A stretch of 63,449 nucleotides of DNA, the filler included, from Octopus bimaculoides (Eukaryota), in NCBI RefSeq assembly GCF_001194135.2. It is 7 parts of 6 records of this genome, joined end to end, with 100 filler letters (N's around TTAATTAATTAA, not from the genome) between each part and the next. Parts side by side here need not be neighbours in the genome. Positions count along the whole stretch, not along the records: positions 15,067 to 41,450 come from NC_068989.1; 6 more parts are not named here. One strand, 5' to 3'. How positions within the stretch are numbered: the first letter of the stretch is position 1; every line of letters starts with the position of its first letter. The notes beneath the pieces were generated by a model that worked only from the letters and a program-made list of their open reading frames with translations, was not told where the DNA came from and did not search any database. This document shows positions 24,601 to 35,254 of this stretch, one piece after another. Both the position numbers and the translations under genes were made by a program.

Positions 24601-25300
24601 ATTATTCAACACAACAACTTTAGCTTTTAAGGTAATGTTACTTAACATTTCACCCTTAAAATGTAACTTCCTCCTGAAACACGACGTGCAATTTTCAAAG
24701 TTTCTTTTAATCTAGGTCACCTGATTTTTTCCTGCATCTGCGTTAATTATCAAGATATCATTGCCTGTTTACGTTTGTGTTATTAAGTTTTACATACATA
24801 AATTACTTTGAGCCTCATTCATATTTCTTGTCACTGATAACCTGTGTATGTGATTTTTTCCTGTTGAACCATTTTTTTAGGTTTTGTTTTACAGTGTGAT
24901 TTTTTATGACCTATCTTACCACACTTGAATTATTTTATATTTTTAACTGGACAGTTACTTTTAAAATGTAGACCACCACACCTATAACGTGGATTTGGTC
25001 TTGATATTTTTTTCTCTTTTCTCTTATTCATTACAGGTCAACACACATTAATATAAGAGCAGTCTTTTTCTTCACTTTTATTTGTGTCATGTCCTAGATT
25101 CATAATCCTCTGGCATTTTTCTGCTACTGCCTGTAGAGTTAAATTTTGGTCCTGTTCTAATTTTGTTAATATTCAGGAACATATATCAGCATCTTTGCTT
25201 ACAGTTAGCCCTTGAACAAAATTTAAACATTGCCAGTGAGTATTGAACAGGGAACTTCTTTCACTGAAGATTTTCATAATTTAATGTCTTTTATCCATGC
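21670..25300 (-). mobile_element. Decayed Gypsy LTR retrotransposon
   Basis: Order gag knuckle (YRCGGLHFKSNCP, about 24950), protease, RT (YVKKKNNKLRVCADFS, YNRLPF, YLDDIL), RNase H (YSQIEKEALAIIF, TDHHPL), integrase (WSRLHADY), then PPT aaaaggggaga near 21910. Confidence 0.9.
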
Positions 25301-25309
25301 TGGCATAGG

Positions 25310-27480
25310 TTGGACAGTTTGACCAGGGCTGGTAAGCTGAGAGGTTGACTCCAGTCTGATTTAGCATGGTTTCTACAGCTGGATGTCCTTCATAATGTCA
25401 ACCACTCCGAGAGTGTAATGGGTACTTTTGTGTGTCACCAGCATGGGTGCCAGTTACGTGACACCAGTATATACCTTGACAATAATTTCACTTGGCTTGA
25501 TGGGTCTTCTTTTCAAACATGGCATATTGCCAAAGGTCTCTGTCATTTGTCATTGCCTCTGTGAGGCCTGATACTTGAAAGGTGCTTTTTATGTGCCACT
25601 GGCATGGGTGTTTCTTATGTGACTCCAGCATTGGCCACGACTGCCATTTCACTTGGCTTGCTGGGTCTTCTCAAGCACAGCAAATCACCAAAGGTCTCAG
25701 TCACTAATCATTGCCTCCATGAAGCCCAATGTTTGAAGATCATGCTTCACCACCTTATCCCATATCTTCCCTCCACAGTTAGCGATTGGTTCTTCTTTAC
25801 ACAGCTGTCCTTGTTCATGTGCATCATATGACCATACCAACACAGTCGTTTCTCTTGCACACTCCATCTGATGCTTCTTATGCCCAACTTTTCTCCCAAG
25901 ATGCCTGCACTCTGTCATACATGCACACTGACATGGCACATTTAGTGAAGCATGGTAGCTTAATTTCTCTCAAGCCTGTACATGTTTTTGGCAGTCACAA
26001 CCTATGAGAAGCTCTTTTGCCAGCAAAGGTAGGACCTCTCTGAACTTTGCCCAGCCTATTCTTATTCTCACAGCTATGCTCTTGAAGCATTCACCTCTGC
26101 TACAGACTTGGTCACCTAGGTAATGGAAGCTATCTACTACTTCTAGCTTACCCACCTGGCAATTGATGGAGTCTATTTTCTGTACAATTTTAGTATTTAT
26201 TGAATCTGTGCATCTTCCACACACAAAACAGTTTCCCAGTTAACCTTCCCCTCATATTGCTGCACTTCTTATGTATCATTAGCTTGCACTGGGTATATCT
26301 TAAGGAATTTCTACCAATGCTTTTCCTACAGATTGAGCAGGGCCATCTGCCTGAAGGCATTTGTGATTTGTCTGCTTTCCAACTTAATAAGACTTTGGTT
26401 TTTGCTAGGTTAACACTAAGACCATTTGATTCTAGACCTAACTTCCATGTCTGAAATTTCTTCTCTAGCTCTGGTAGATTTTCAGTTATAAGAACAAAGT
26501 CTTCAGCAGGGAGGAGCTCCCAGGGACAGTCTGTCTTAAATTCCTCTGTTATTGTCTGGAGAACTATGATGAACAAGGACTGATCCTTGGTGAACCACTA
26601 CTTGTACCCTGAATTCCTCACTATACTCATTGCTAACCTTCACCTTACAGGTTGCATCCCTGTACATGGCTTGTACAGTTCTCACCAGTCACTCATCTAA
26701 CCTTAGCTTCTGCATTGACCACCAGATAAGGGAGTGGGGTCTCTGTCAAAAGCTTTCTCCACGTCAACAAATGCCAGGTAGAAGTGTTCATTTTTGGCTA
26801 GATACTTCTCCTGAAGTTGCCTAACCAGGAATATAGTATCAGTTGTGCTCCTTCTTTGCACAAATCCAAACTGCATCTCATCTACACTAACTCTCTCCCT
26901 AATTAATTGAGCTATGACCCTTCCTGTGACTTTCATTACCTGGTCCAGCAATTTGATGCCTCTGTAATTATTCCTGTCTGAGACATCACCTTTTTCCTTT
27001 GTAGCAGTTGACAATAATGCTGTTACACCAATCCTTGGTATGACTCCCTTGTGGACAACCTGATTAATTATGGGTGACTAGGTTATATCCTACTCCGCTA
27101 GATACTATTTTAAGCATCTCTGTGGAGATTCCTGATGGGCTGGGGTATCTCCCTGTCTTCATGTCCTTACTTGCTTTTATCACAATGTGGAGGTTTGGTA
27201 GCATCTTTATTCTTCTTGTTTGTTCCTGGATAGCAAAGCATATCCCTCTAGGTGGAAAGTAATGTAACTATCACAGGTCCAGGAGAGGCTACTCTTCCTG
27301 TCAATGCTGTTGTAGCCTTCTATCTTATGGGACATATTCCTATGCATTGCTTTTTGTTGGTATGATGCCTGCTTCTCCAAGTTTCTGTTTAGGTAGGCCA
27401 GTCCAGCTTCCTTTGGGTCACATGAGACATTTGTATTCTCAGAGTACCTGCACAGTAGTTCTCCAACTCTGATGATGTTG
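25310..27480 (-). mobile_element. RTE LINE, 5' truncated
   Basis: NYRGIKLLDQVMKV, QFGFVQRRSTTD, FVDVEKAFDR, Cys-rich segment, DSFHYLGDQ; followed by the family 3' UTR. Confidence 0.9.
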
Positions 27481-27499
27481 TTGATCCCACTTTTGAATA

Positions 27500-28720
27500 T
27501 GCATGGAATATACTAATTTCTTTCTTTACTGTTCAGCAGGTGTTGTGTGAGTGATACAATGTGATAGTCAAAGGCTGTTTGGACTGGTCTTACACCTCTA
27601 CTACCATCACTTTGTGTTACATAAATCCCATCGGTTTTGCTGTTAATGTTGAAGTTGCCAGTGGTGGTCAGTACTTTTTTAGTTTTGATATTCAGGCTAT
27701 ATAGCTCTAGCAATACAAAACTGGAGTCTACAGAAGTACACTTTTGTTATTCTTTCTTCAGTCACAGCATCAATGTATGCATCATTCTCATCGATTCTGA
27801 GGTACTTATAGCTTTCATCATTAGAGATAGGGGAGATAGATAAGCTGTTGGTATATATGTTTCCTAGCTGATTGACAATCTTTCCTTGGATGACTATCGT
27901 GTATGGACACTAATCTTGCCTAAACTCCATTCCTATATCTCATGAGACTGTTGTGACTAGTTCTACTTATCTCTTGATGTTGATCATATTACAAGAAAAT
28001 AACTTTAGACCATCAACAAAAAATTTGTGGGTGATATTAATTTTATTCTTTGTTGTATATCTCAGCATGTAGCCTTGACATATTGTTAACAGAGCTGACA
28101 AGGGATTCACAGCCAGTACAAACAGCATCACAGATAAACTATCACTCTGGAATATGCCTTTTTATAATTTAATTCTATTTGTAACAATATGTGTTGCATT
28201 AGTAATTGTCAGTGATAACTGTGTGGACAATGTTGTGGTCAGTCTTTCAATGGTATTCACTATAGCAACTGGTACTTTGACAAAATGTAGTAGATTCTAT
28301 CATCCATGAGTGAGGCACAGAATCAAATGCCTTCTTTTAGTCTAGCCATATCATAAAGAAATTATGGTGACGTTGCTTTGCTTCCTTAAGGAAGGACAAC
28401 TTTGTTGAAAAGTTGTTCAGCACAGCCCTAGATTCCTTTCTCATCTGCCAGTTTATCAGTTATCACACTATTTATTGCAGTGATTTTGGAGAAACATATT
28501 CAGACAACCTGTGTACAACTTGTTCATAACATTCAAGCATGCTATGGGCCTATAGTTTTTCACCGCACGGGTCTCTTTATTCTCGAGGATAAGAGTAGTC
28601 TGTGCAACCATCAGCCAATCTGGTATATCTAGTTCAGCATCCATTGTTTTTTTAAACAGGCTCATGAGAATTTTCCTGTAGAACTTGAGTTTTTTGTACT
28701 AGTAGCCTACTATCAAGTCT
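27500..28720 (-). mobile_element. R4/Dong LINE RT relic
   Basis: IPDWLMVAQTTLILENKETRAVKNYRPIACLNVMNKLYTG; downstream SKTDGIYVTQSDGSRG (decayed DRLYxPRxxGGRG). Confidence 0.78.
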
Positions 28721-28944
28721 CTCCCAGATATATATGTATGTGTACATGTATATGTGTCTCTCCATCTGGCCATCCGTCTATCCATCTACATGCACACACA
28801 CACAAATATAAACACATAAAAATCTATATGTATATGCACATGTGTGGTTGTGTCCCTTTGCCGTGACATCAACCAAGACTTGTAAGTAAGCATCATTGTC
28901 ATATAAGCAATATCATTCTCCAATCTTCTGTGAAAACATCTTCT

Positions 28945-29465
28945 GTTGTTTTTCAATAGTTAGTTAGTCCACATTACTCCATAGGGAGCATAAGGTTGTG
29001 ACTATTTCATGCCAGTGGACACGATCATGGGCTACCTCTTGATTTGAGACCAAGAGAGAACGATTGCTTTTGCTTCATCCTCAACGCATCATTTCCAGGT
29101 CTTCTTAGGTTGTCCAACTTACCCTTTTCCTTCAGGTTGCCAGTCTGACTCTTGTCTTGCAATGCTGCATGGAGGTCTCCTTAGAATGTAACCAATCCAT
29201 CCCCATTTTGTTTTCAGAATTTCTTGATTGCTGGAGTTTGGTTCATTCTATTCCACACACTTCTGTTTGAAATTTTGTCTGGCAACAAGATCTTGAGGAT
29301 GTAGTACAGACATTTGTTGATGAAGGTCTGTAGCTTACTCATTATGACTTTGGTAACCCTCCAAGTTGCTTTGAAACAAGTGAGGATTGGCAACAGGAAA
29401 GATAGCCAGTTGTAGAAAATCTGCTTCAATGAATTTCATCTGCCTTATGCAAACATTGAAAAGTG
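28945..29465 (-). mobile_element. RTE-clade LINE C-terminus (distinct family)
   Basis: TWRVTKVIMSKLQTFINKCLYYILKILLPDKISN..KWGWIGYILRRP; short taac tail. Confidence 0.75.
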
Positions 29466-29485
29466 GATGTTTTATGAGGATGGTG

Positions 29486-29523
<38 letters not shown>

Positions 29524-29656
29524 CACATGCATGGGTGTGCATGTTTATGCATGTATTGTGCATGTGTGTGCATACATACATGTGTGTGTGTGCATGTGTA
29601 TTGTAAAAGTGTGTGTGTTGTGTGTGCATGTGTGTGTGTGTGTGTGTGTGTGTGAA

Positions 29657-29910
29657 CATGAGGCTACTCTTAGTGCTACTGGTAACATGTAACCCAGTAC
29701 AAGATAATACATGGTTGAGTAGTTGGTGATTAAACTGGTAACCCTACTAAGCCTGCTTTGTAAGGTAGGTGATTTCCTTGGACACAACCCATCTTACAAC
29801 ACTTGCCAAAGGGCAGATGAGCTCAGTACACTCAATGGCCATTGAACAACTGGAAGCCAGAAACCCATAACCTTTGTTTAGACAGCTCTCTAAAAGAAGG
29901 AAAACACCTG
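29657..29910 (+). mobile_element. RTE 5' UTR fragment
   Basis: atgaggct..agtgctactggtaacatg..ccagtacaa..taaactgg is colinear with 15291-15371. Confidence 0.7.
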
Positions 29911-29919
29911 TGATATAAT

Positions 29920-30290
29920 ACATGTGACTTCATTTGCATCCAATGATATAGACTAGTTCTTCTTTTTGGGTAAATGCATACATTGCTTAAAGAGTGGGAT
30001 TGACCCTGTGCAAGGCCTTCCCTTATTTTAAAAGTTTCAGACACAGGCATCACTTGATTTTTAGCATCTCGAAGCTGTGTTACACACAGTAGCTGACTGT
30101 AACTGAAAATAGAAAAACACTTCATGAAAAATTTTATGATGGAATGAAGACATGTTTCCTGATGTGTGTTATGTTTTCTGAACATCTGTTGCGAGAAGTG
30201 CCCATTATTGCTACATCTGTGCAAAATGTGTAGGTCCTTAACTGAACTGAAAAACCATATCTGTGCTGCTTCAAGAAAACAATCAAGCAA
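29920..30290 (-). mobile_element. Highly decayed R4/Dong-like RT fragment
   Basis: SETFKIREGLAQGQSHSLSNVCI resembles the RT domain 4 GIFQGDSLSP; weak match. Confidence 0.4.
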
Positions 30291-30342
30291 TGGTATTGCT
30301 CAGAATTAGTCTGTGTTTGTGTGTGTGTGTGTNNNNNNNNNN

Positions 30343-30387
<45 letters not shown>

Positions 30388-30455
30388 ATATATATTCAAC
30401 ATGTAAAACTGTTAATCCAAACATGTTCTTTCTTTCTCCATTTTCTTTCCGCATT

Positions 30456-30493
30456 CCTTTCTGTCAAAGAGCATCGGCTTGAAGTGTCAAAGA
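30456..30493 (+). ncRNA. Decayed minimal hammerhead-like motif (family 2)
   Basis: CTTT-CTGTCAA-A-GAGC-ATCG-GCTT-GAAGT-GTC-AAAG; same repeat as 33075-33112. Confidence 0.4.
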
Positions 30494-31425
30494 CTTTTCC
30501 ATTTTTCCTGACCATCAAACTAATACACCTTGTTTGTCATTCCCTCACCTGTTTCTGTCTTCTGTTTTTGTTTATTTGAACCATGTAGAATGAACCTATA
30601 GGTTGACTGTAAGATTAAGAATGTAGTCTATAGCATATGATGTACTGAGGAACGGTGCAGAAACGAGACAACAACCTATATTGGGAGTCAGCACTTATCA
30701 TAGGGAGCAGATAGGCGAACACTGATGGGAGCTTAGAGAGGAGAAAAGCTCATCAGTGCTCTACCAATATGCTCAATTAGAACATAGAGGTTTGGTTAAT
30801 AACATAGATGTTAAGATATTATCAATGCATAGAACAGGTATGACAGATTACATAAGTGACACACATAGTAATAAACAGACAGAGCCTCAACAGAAAATAT
30901 GAATGGAACAATAACACTCCACTACCACACTATGCAGCATGATGACTAAAGAGAGAATGGGAGAAAAAAAAGACATGGATACAAACAGTATAATACATAA
31001 ACCAATATAGCTCAATGGTGGAGGTGTGGTTACTTCAGTGTCAGTCATCCAATATGTTGTCAAAAATAACATTATGGTGTAGTAGATGTCTTTTGGTAAT
31101 TCTGTTGAGGTATGTATATATGATTTTTTTAGAGACTGTACACTAAAATAGGTTTTTGTTCTCTCTCCAGACTAAATAGTATTATAAGGTAGGTGTTGTC
31201 TTGAACATCAACAACACCTTTTAACAGTCAATCATATGGGTTACTATAATCAGCATTAGTATGTGAGAGAAAAGTTTGTGTTAGTTTAGAAGAACTGGGT
31301 TTAATGCAATTTTCTGAAAAAAATATTTTGTTTGTAATTACCCTTGGAATTAAATAGTTACTCCAATAATGAATTTATTTTATCAATAATTTAACTTATT
31401 AAGTCAACAAGTTTGTTTCTCTTAC

Positions 31426-31508
31426 CTGGTTACCCCATTTCCAATGTGGACCTCGTTTTACACGAACTCCAGGTTTCAAGTTGTCAAGAAATTCCTTCGA
31501 ACAGCCCA
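31426..31508 (-). CDS. Internal exon encoding the start of a Mib/HERC2 domain (mind bomb/MIB2-like E3 ligase family)
   Basis: Polypyrimidine tract and tgcag acceptor; 83 nt reading xGCSKEFLDNLKPGVRVKRGPHWKWGNQ; CAG/gtaaga donor. GxRVxRGPxWKWGxQ is the Mib_herc2 signature. Confidence 0.87.
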
Positions 31509-31782
31509 CTGCATAAAAAAAGAAAAAGACTTTCTGTAAAAAGTTATCTTATCTATGAAGTGATGTACAAATATAGTAAAAATATTATAGCAGTGTACAC
31601 AAAAATAGCAGTAGCACAATTCAAAGCAGGCTCCAACTGAGCCTACTTTCTAACCTGAATTGTGGCCAAATCTACAGGCATACTAATTAGCCAATGAGGA
31701 ATCCTCTTTGCTGTTGTTACTTGCTAAGAATAGCAGCCAAATTCCCTCAAGCCAAAGCTTACAATCTTGGAAATAACACATA

Positions 31783-31900
31783 CGAGGGGGTACCCAAAAG
31801 TAACCAGAAATGTTCTCTGTGGGACAAACTCAATGATCTGGGAACAAAATTTGCTTAGGGTGTGCAAGCTCGGCTTCAAATATTTTTACAAACAAAGCTG
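31783..31900 (+). mobile_element. Mariner-type TIR end
   Basis: TA followed by CGAGGGGGTACCCAAAAGTAACC, similar to the terminus at 58609; partner TIR not found, right boundary uncertain. Confidence 0.55.
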
Positions 31901-32065
31901 ATTTTTCTCAATCTTAATATAAAAAAAAGCAGAGGTATAAATAATAATATGGAAAAGTAATGCTTCAAATCACTCCAAAAAATTTTCTATACTTGTTTTC
32001 ATGTACATGCATTACAGCACAGTGTGTCAGATGATGTTGCATCAGTGTGGTTCGGAGTTAGTTCT

Positions 32066-32330
32066 TCAAATATCAAAATGCAACAGACACAAGCTTGCAA
32101 CATAATGACGTAGCACTTTTGGAAGACTGGGGATTTTGTAAACAAAGTTCAATGCATCAGTGACCATGGCAACCATAGATCCAACTTCTTTGAGGATAAG
32201 GTCCAGAGAGTGGTTTCCACGGTGTAAAAAATATGTACCAGGAAACATGCATTTTAATCTCTTTTGTATGCCTGAAATATTTCCACTCATGGTATATGTG
32301 CCATCAAAGGCAAAAGCAGCATAATTTTGA
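32066..32330 (-). mobile_element. hAT transposase fragment
   Basis: AFDGTYTMSGNISGIQKRLKCMFPGTYFLHRGNHSLDLILKE matches the hAT DGAxxMxG...HCxxHxLNL block. Confidence 0.75.
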
Positions 32331-32410
32331 CAATTTTGTACGTGTATTTTGTTTAAAGGAGGCCTGTTAACTGAGGTCACTGGTTTACTGACCTTTTTTG
32401 GAAGATAATA

Positions 32411-32760
32411 TTAGGTGGTTCTAGACACAGTTATTTTGCCAATGAGCTTGAAAAGTCTTCCACTTGTAAGACCTGGTTTTTTTACAGCTTCATGCTTAAT
32501 CTGTGACTGAGAACGTTGAGAAATAGCCTGCAACTGACCCTTGTCAACTCTCTTACATATCTTCATAGAAGCTGTAACAATTTTTTTCTCAGTTTGGTGA
32601 TATCTTCCATTTATTTTAGATATTTCTAACATTGATTTACCTTTTGCAAGTTTAAAAGTAATAACAAATTTCTCCAAAGCAGTTAAGTCACATTTACCAC
32701 CCATAATTACATGATTATCAAACCATTTGTTAATAATTTGGAACACTGAAAGTCGTGGAA
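32411..32760 (-). mobile_element. Tc1-like transposase N-terminal HTH fragment
   Basis: CDLTALEK..GKSMLEISKINGRYHQT..RVDKG..KKPGLTS..VSRTT. Confidence 0.65.
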
Positions 32761-32935
32761 ATCATGTAAATGGTCATGGTTTGTTTACAATTGCACAAAA
32801 CCTCATGTTTTTTTACACATCACATATATGTAACTGTTACTATCATCGTGGAAATTTCGTTGAATTCCAACATGTAGTTTTTAAACAAATGTTACATTGT
32901 TAATTATTTGAAAGACAGTGCATACACACACACAC

Positions 32936-32986
<51 letters not shown>

Positions 32987-33074
32987 AAGAATTCACAAAA
33001 AAAAACAACACACAAAGACAGGTTGTGGAGAAAACAAATAGTTGTATTAGTATAATGCTCGGGAATTGAAAAAG

Positions 33075-33112
33075 TCTTTAACATTTCGAGCCTACGCTCT
33101 TCCACAGAAAGA
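33075..33112 (-). ncRNA. Minimal hammerhead-like motif (family 2, variant core)
   Basis: TCTTT-CTGTGGA-A-GAGC-GTAG-GCTC-GAAAT-GTT-AAAGA; stems I and II pair perfectly, core deviates. Confidence 0.5.
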
Positions 33113-33149
33113 AACAAGTAGAGAAAAAAAAATGTGTGCATACATACAT

Positions 33150-33300
33150 ATATACATACATACATACATACATACAATGGGCTTCATTTCCATCAACTAA
33201 ATCCACTGTCAAGGCTTTGGTCAGCCTGAGGCTATAGTAGAAGACACTTGCCCAAGTTGCCACACAGAGGGATTGAATCCAGAACCGTGTAGTTGGGAGG
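33150..33300 (-). mobile_element. tRNA-derived SINE
   Basis: Reverse complement reads cccaactacacggttctggattcaatcc...ttgggcaagtgtcttctactatagcc. Confidence 0.7.
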
Positions 33301-33379
33301 TTCCAGTCGTAGTACTGCAGCTATGGTGGGGTACCACTTTAATTTATTTTCTTTTGGTTTTGTTGTCACTTTATGGCTG

Positions 33380-34720
33380 GAAGTTGATCTATGGTTGAGT
33401 TGGTAGCAGCTGATCTCCCCTGGCTGACTGGTCCAGTATTATTGTTAGTTTAGTGAATGTTTTCTTGTTTAATGTTTCAGTAGAAGTCCCTTTTATATTT
33501 CCAATTACTTTAGGCAGGCAGTTGAACAGCTGAGGACTTCTTAATATCAGACTGGTACAATAAAGTGATTTTGCTCGTGATTTCATAGGTAGTATATCTG
33601 GTGATATATCACACACTGTGTTGGAGCGAGAGAGAAGGACATTTGTTGCCAGGTCTTCTTGGATGAAGATCATTATTTCTCCATGTTTCCATATTCTGTT
33701 GTCAGTTCTGAGTAGTACAAAACCTGACAGATATACTTCTGCATCCGATATACCTGGAGTCAGGTGCATTTCACTTAGTGCTTCACATATTTTCTTTTCT
33801 TACTGTACAAGGTCTTTCTCGCTGTGCAAGGTCTGTACATTTGACGTTATTATTGAATTGTGTTTGTGGGTTAATGACAACAATGGCATGGTTGTGCACT
33901 AGGGTAATTAACAGTGCTTGGTGTTGTGTGAGAGCTAGAAGTTTTTTTAATAATTTCTTTTGCCAGATTCAACATGGCTAAATAAAAATTTTCTTGTTTT
34001 GGGAGGGGTTGTTGAGGTATGGTTGCACTGTTGAATATGGTTATAGTTATTTGGTTTGCAGCTGTGATTTTACTATTGTACCTAGTAGATATCTGGGTGA
34101 CTTCTGGGTTTCGGTGAAAGTCTGGACCAACACTGCCTCTGTAAGGGATGTTTCTACTGTGTATTTGGTGGTAGTTTAGCATCATGCTTTTACTATTGCA
34201 TTGAGTCCCTGGAAGATGAGTGATGGGATAATCACACTTCAGACATAATCTTTCATTTTAGGGGTAGCAACAGATTTTAGGATTCCGGGTTACATGTGTG
34301 GCAGTTATTAAGTGTGATTTAGCATTTAGTAGTAGTGGTAGTGTTGTAAGACGTGTGGTTTGGTGTTGGCTGGTATTGCTTGTACAAATTGGTAATTTTC
34401 TCCCAGGTAAATGGGTGAAGCTACAGTCACTGTGTATGCATAGTCTCTCACATTGAGAATAGTGGCATATTTGGGGGTTTTGTGTGTTCATAATTTTACT
34501 TTATTTACAGATGGCAGATTTATCATGGAGCTGTCAGGTATACATTCAGACTGAAGTGAACAATGGGTGTGAGGGAGAAAGGAGTGGTTCTTTAGTATTT
34601 GGTGTAGTAGTAGTGGTAATGGTAGTAGCAGCCGAATAGAATGATAATGGTAATGATGGATCTCTTGTGTTGTTCTGAGAAAAACTTTGAGTGGCCTGAC
34701 TGTGGATAAGAGCTAGAGAC
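33380..34720 (-). mobile_element. CR1-group LINE with a large internal deletion
   Basis: ORF1-like Cys/His segment PQICHYSQCERLCIHSDCSFTHLPG. The APE start (HLTPGISDAEVYLSGFVLLRTD) is joined to the extreme C-terminus (SLILRSPQLFNCLPKVI..LDQ). Confidence 0.65.
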
Positions 34721-34967
34721 TGTTGTTTAATGGAACATCAATTGTTCTCATATTGAGGAGTGGCTTCCAGTGTTGATATATATTTATAATGGAATGGAAG
34801 GTTTATGATACCTGTGGAGTATCTCCTTTTCCCATTATAATTTTTTTTTGTAGCTTCAAGGATCTGGAACATGAAGAAGTTCACAAGCAGAGTATGGTTC
34901 AATAACTGTTTATTTACGGAGTTCTCGTTCATGTGGTTCACTTTTAGAGACCATCTTTATGGCAGTG

Positions 34968-35254
34968 TGTAGTTAGTTATAGCTCTGTACACGTGAGGTT
35001 CATTACCTTTGGAGATAAGCATGTGGAGTTAGAGCAGGACAAGGGTCCGCTGTGACTGCGGCTTTGCAGTGTTTCTCAGTGTAAGCATGAGAAGGAAAGA
35101 GAGGGAGAACATCTTATTCTCCTACTTAAATACTGGTTGCCGGCGAGAGCCTCGTCGTCTCACACATGGCAAATGGTTGCAGGCAAGATTTCGTTCTTGT
35201 CTCAGACATGGTAATAGCTACTGGTGAGACCTTGGGTTCTTGTGCCTCACTACA
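34968..35254 (-). repeat. 3' LTR of the Gypsy element
   Basis: TGTAGT...ACTACA 6-bp inverted termini, preceded by purine-rich AGGGGGAAG (within 35255-35267). Confidence 0.85.

Noticed and set aside
30720-30758. Short hairpin CACTGAT..GAGCTT / AAGCTC..ATCAGTG
   Set aside because: Only about 13 bp with a bulge and no extension; expected by chance in 63 kb.
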